30,119 nt of DNA, from the NCBI GenBank assembly GCA_043804695.1, contig JAZDIV010000051.1:1-30119 (forward strand). The letters run 5' to 3'. The DNA comes from PVC group bacterium (GTDB lineage: Bacteria > Auribacterota > Erginobacteria > Erginobacterales > Erginobacteraceae). The position numbers and the translations under genes were made by a program. The stretch's first letter is position 1; every line of letters begins with the position of its first letter. Under the pieces are notes generated by a model that did not search any database, was not told where the DNA came from, and saw only the letters and a program-made list of their open reading frames with translations. This document shows, one piece after another, positions 26,572-30,119 of this stretch.

Positions 26572-27588
26572 ATGATTGTACTCGGTATCGAAACATCCTG
26601 CGATGAGACCTCGGTCGCCCTGGTGGAGGACGGCCGGGAAATTCTTTCCAACCTGGTCGCCACCCAGATCGACCTCCACCGGACGTTCGGAGGGGTGGTC
26701 CCCGAGGTGGCGAGCCGGGAGCATCTGAGGGTGCTGGCCCCGATGCTGGGAGAGGCGATGCGGGAAGCGGGGGTCGGCCGGGAGGCGGTGGACGGCGTCG
26801 CCTTTACCCGGGGCCCGGGGCTGATCGGGGCGCTGCTGGTGGGGACATCGTTCGGCAAGGCCCTGGCCTGCAGCTGGGGGGTCCCCCCGATCGGGGTCAA
26901 TCACCTGAAGGCCCATCTTTATGCTCCTCTTCTTGAAGGCGGCGTCTTTGAATTTCCCCTGGCCGGCCTGATCGTCTCCGGCGGCCACACTCTCCTGGTA
27001 GAGGCCCGTTCCTGGGACGAGGCCCGGATCCTGGGGGCGACCCGGGACGATGCGGCCGGAGAGGCTTTCGACAAGGTAGCCGGCCTCCTCGGGATCGGAT
27101 TCCCGGGAGGACCGGCCATCGAGGCGGCGGCCCGGGGCGGAGACCCCGGAAAGTTTCAGTTCCCCCGGGGGATGATTGGAAGCGGTGATCTCGACTTCAG
27201 TTTCAGCGGGGTCAAGACCGCGGTCCGATATTTACTGGACCGGCTGAAGGCCGACGGCCTTCCGGTCCCGACCGCCGATATCGCGGCCGGTTTTCAAGCC
27301 GCGGTGATCGACGTTCTGACGGCAAAGTTCAAGGTTGCGGTGGAAGAGACCGGTGCCCGGACCGTGGTCCTGGGGGGCGGGGTGGCCCGGAACGAACTCC
27401 TCCGCCGCCGGGTTCAGGCTGAGTTTCCTTCTTCCCGCTACCGGGTGCTGATTGCTTCCGCCGAACTCTGCTCCGACAACGCCGCCATGATTGCCGGCCT
27501 GGGCTGCCGCATCCTGAAAAAAGGCGGGGGAGGGGACTGGACGGTCGACGCCGATCCCAACTTGGCATGGGGTGACGGCATGGTGTAA
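26572..27588 (+). CDS. tsaD: tRNA N6-threonylcarbamoyltransferase TsaD
   Basis: LGIETSCDET, GGVVPEVASREH, GPGL, NHL.AH, VSGGHT, DDAAGEAFDK, FSFSG.KT, DNAAMI. Confidence 0.97.
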   Translation: MIVLGIETSCDETSVALVEDGREILSNLVATQIDLHRTFGGVVPEVASREHLRVLAPMLGEAMREAGVGREAVDGVAFTRGPGLIGALLVGTSFGKALACSWGVPPIGVNHLKAHLYAPLLEGGVFEFPLAGLIVSGGHTLLVEARSWDEARILGATRDDAAGEAFDKVAGLLGIGFPGGPAIEAAARGGDPGKFQFPRGMIGSGDLDFSFSGVKTAVRYLLDRLKADGLPVPTADIAAGFQAAVIDVLTAKFKVAVEETGARTVVLGGGVARNELLRRRVQAEFPSSRYRVLIASAELCSDNAAMIAGLGCRILKKGGGGDWTVDADPNLAWGDGMV

Positions 27589-27798
27589 ACCGCCGTGATG
27601 CCGTTGCCGGCAGTTGAGCAAGTCGCAGGAAAGGAATAATGGAGTGCTGGAGTGTTGGGATGGTGGAGAAAAATCCCCGGCTGCCGAAATAGTGCGCCGG
27701 CCCCCCGAGATTCCATCATGCCGGCCGTTTTAAAACTGCGATAATCTTTTTTTCTTTAACTTAGAAACGGCTTGTTGTACTATACTGTTCCTGTTTCG

Positions 27799-27825
27799 TC
27801 TTATTTTTCCTCCGGAAAAATAAGA
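27799..27825. repeat. Second copy of 27-bp palindrome
   Basis: TCTTATTTTTCC-TCC-GGAAAAATAAGA. Confidence 0.9.
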
Positions 27826-27968
27826 ATGTGCAAGTATTGAATCAACATCGCAGGAATAGGTTAAATCAAATTCGTGTAATTCGCGTAATTCGTAGTTCCA
27901 TTTAGTTGCCCGAGCCCCGGTAAACCGGGGTAGACTGCGCGAGGGCTAAGTTCACAAGGAGGACGGAG

Positions 27969-30062
27969 ATGCGGAGATATTCGGTTATATCCCGGCTCGG
28001 TTTGGCAGGCGTGGTCATACTGCTTTTCACCGGCACGGCTTGTTTATTCCCCGCCCGCGCCGCCGACGGCCCGTCGATCTCGGTTAAATCGGGGACCGGC
28101 CAGTTCGAGATGGTGGGGCACGAAGTGCAGCTGGAAGCGCTGGTGACCCGCGGCGGCCAGCCCCAGCCCGGCGAGCCCGTCACCTTCTGGATCGTCTCCG
28201 ACCCGGCCAAGCCCGACAAGATGAAGAAAGAGGCGACCACCCCCAGCTCCTTTCTGATCACGGGGGAGGAGATCCCGGAATCGGGGATCACGATGGTGGA
28301 GGTCCGGACCGACGGGAACGGCGTCGCCACGGTGCCCTATCGCCTGGGAAGCAAAAGCGGGACCTACCAGGTGCAGGCATCGATCGACGGCCTCTCCGGC
28401 CGGCCCGCCCTCTTCTCGATCGACTCCGGCCAGCTTCCGATCCTGATCATCACGCTTCTCGGAGGCCTGGGGATGTTCATCTTCGGGATGAACCTGATGG
28501 GGGACTCCCTTCAGAAATGGGCCGGGGGGAAGATGCGCTCGATCCTGGGGTTTTTCACCCGCAACCGGGTGGTGGCCCTGTTCTCCGGGATCGTCATCAC
28601 CTTTGTCCTCCAGAGCAGCAGCGCCTCCACGGTTCTCCTGGTCGGTTTCGTCAACTCCGGCCTGATGACGTTGGCCCAGACGATCGGGGTCATCCTGGGG
28701 GCCGATATCGGGACCACCCTGACCGTCCAGCTGATCGCCTTCGATGTCGGCCAGTTCGCGCTGGCCTTCGTCTTCGTCGGTTTCGTCTGCATCTTCTTCA
28801 CCAAGAACCCGGGGATCAATTACCTGGGGAGGATCCTGATCGGCTTCGGGCTCCTCTTTTACGGCCTCAAGGTGATGGGAGGGTCGATGAAGCCCCTCTC
28901 CAAGTATCCTCCCTTCATCGATATATTGCAGAAATCAACCGCCAACCCCTTCACCGGTCTGCTGGTCTCGACGATCCTGACCGGGATCATCCAGAGTTCA
29001 GCCGCCACCATCGCTATCGCCCTCGGTCTGGCCATGCAGACCGGCCCGGACGGGAAACCGATTCTCAGCCTGGTGGCCGCGATCCCGATCATATACGGGG
29101 CCAACATCGGGACCACGATCACCGCCGCCCTGGCCGCGATCGGGACCACCCGGGACGCCAAGCGGGTGGCGGTCGCCCACACGATGTTCAAGATCGCCGG
29201 GGTGATCATTTTCATGTTTTTGATCGGCCCTCTCTCCGACGTGGTCCTGAAAGTCGGCGGCACCATCAACCGGCAGATCGCCAACGCTCACACCATCTTC
29301 AACGTGGTGATGGCGCTGATATTCCTTCCCTTCACCCAGTTTTTCGGGGCCCTGGTCATGAAAATCCTCCCGGACAAGGCCGGGAAGGAGGAGGCTTTCA
29401 AGCCCCAGTACCTGGTCTCCGATCTCACCCGAACACCCGGGGTCGCCCTGGAGCAGACCAAGAAGGAGATCTCCCGGATGGCCGAGATCGCCGTCACCAT
29501 GAGCGACAATATCATCGAGGCCTTCAAGCGGAAGGACCCGGCCTTCGTGGATGATTTGATCGCCGAGAATCACAAGATCGAGATCCTGGAGAACGCCATC
29601 CGTCCCTACCTGGCCGCGATCGGCGCCCGGGAGCTGCCCGAGAACCAGGCCCAGACCGCGATCATGTTCCTCAACATCTCAAACGAGTATCGGCAGATGG
29701 GCAACACCATCGCCCAAGACATTTACCCGCTGGCCGGGACCTTCATCGAGAATAACCTCTTCTTCTCCCCGGAAGGGTGGGCCCAGCTCCAGGAATTCCA
29801 GGCCAGCGTCGCCGCGGACGTCCGGGACGCCACCCGGGCGTTCGATGCCAACGACACCAAACTGGCGGAGGAGGTCACCCAGCGGAAACCGGCGCTGGTT
29901 CGCCTGGAGAAGGAGCTGACCAAGCAGCACTTCGAACGGCTGCGGAAGGGGATGTCGGAGTCGGTGGAGACCAGCACCCTTCACATGGGGCTGATGGGCG
30001 GGCTCCGGCGGGTCAACTCCTACGCGACCAACATCGCTTATGCGGTCCTCGGGCAGGTCTGA
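27969..30062 (+). CDS. Na+/phosphate cotransporter (NptA/YjbB family) with PhoU domains and N-terminal Ig-like extension
   Basis: Twin QSSS/QSSA and GADIGTT/GANIGTT motifs, IANAHT.FN, helical PhoU-like C-terminus; RBS AAGGAGG. Confidence 0.94.
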   Translation: MRRYSVISRLGLAGVVILLFTGTACLFPARAADGPSISVKSGTGQFEMVGHEVQLEALVTRGGQPQPGEPVTFWIVSDPAKPDKMKKEATTPSSFLITGEEIPESGITMVEVRTDGNGVATVPYRLGSKSGTYQVQASIDGLSGRPALFSIDSGQLPILIITLLGGLGMFIFGMNLMGDSLQKWAGGKMRSILGFFTRNRVVALFSGIVITFVLQSSSASTVLLVGFVNSGLMTLAQTIGVILGADIGTTLTVQLIAFDVGQFALAFVFVGFVCIFFTKNPGINYLGRILIGFGLLFYGLKVMGGSMKPLSKYPPFIDILQKSTANPFTGLLVSTILTGIIQSSAATIAIALGLAMQTGPDGKPILSLVAAIPIIYGANIGTTITAALAAIGTTRDAKRVAVAHTMFKIAGVIIFMFLIGPLSDVVLKVGGTINRQIANAHTIFNVVMALIFLPFTQFFGALVMKILPDKAGKEEAFKPQYLVSDLTRTPGVALEQTKKEISRMAEIAVTMSDNIIEAFKRKDPAFVDDLIAENHKIEILENAIRPYLAAIGARELPENQAQTAIMFLNISNEYRQMGNTIAQDIYPLAGTFIENNLFFSPEGWAQLQEFQASVAADVRDATRAFDANDTKLAEEVTQRKPALVRLEKELTKQHFERLRKGMSESVETSTLHMGLMGGLRRVNSYATNIAYAVLGQV

Positions 30063-30119
30063 ACCCGGTTGAAGCGGGCGCGGCGGGGGGAAAAAGAGCG
30101 GGCCCGGGACAACCGGGAA

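Noticed and set aside
28517..29554. 345-aa alternate-frame ORF inside the Na/Pi transporter
   Set aside because: Arg/Pro/Gly/His-rich off-frame translation typical of GC-rich DNA.

Overview
The window has two parts. (1) Positions 1-11.4 kb are an accessory block on the minus strand. It holds the leader-proximal end of a type I-C CRISPR array and a complete cas3-cas5-cas8c(+hidden cas11)-cas7-cas4-cas1-cas2 operon. A non-cas gene is inserted between cas7 and cas4; it is predicted to encode HEAT repeats, a C4 zinc finger and a PD-(D/E)xK-like nuclease. Directly upstream and co-oriented are a REP-associated Y1 (HUH) transposase with GTAG REPs inside and beside its ORF, a divergent DnaN (beta-clamp) paralog and a 126-aa hypothetical gene. 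(2) Positions 11.5-30.1 kb are GC-rich chromosomal genes: trpR-like, trpB2, an iorA fragment, a SphA/MetA-type outer-membrane barrel, a knotted-type transcarbamylase, UDP-GlcA decarboxylase, ctpA, yibQ-like, DUF2284, nitroreductase, NYN, flavodoxin, DUF4139, tsaD and a Na/Pi cotransporter. The intergenic DNA of this part carries several unrelated families of small palindromic or MITE-like repeats. The best candidate for an undescribed system is the I-C locus with the embedded HEAT-ZnF-nuclease and the adjacent clamp paralog. All protein family calls come from motif recognition by eye, not from database searches.
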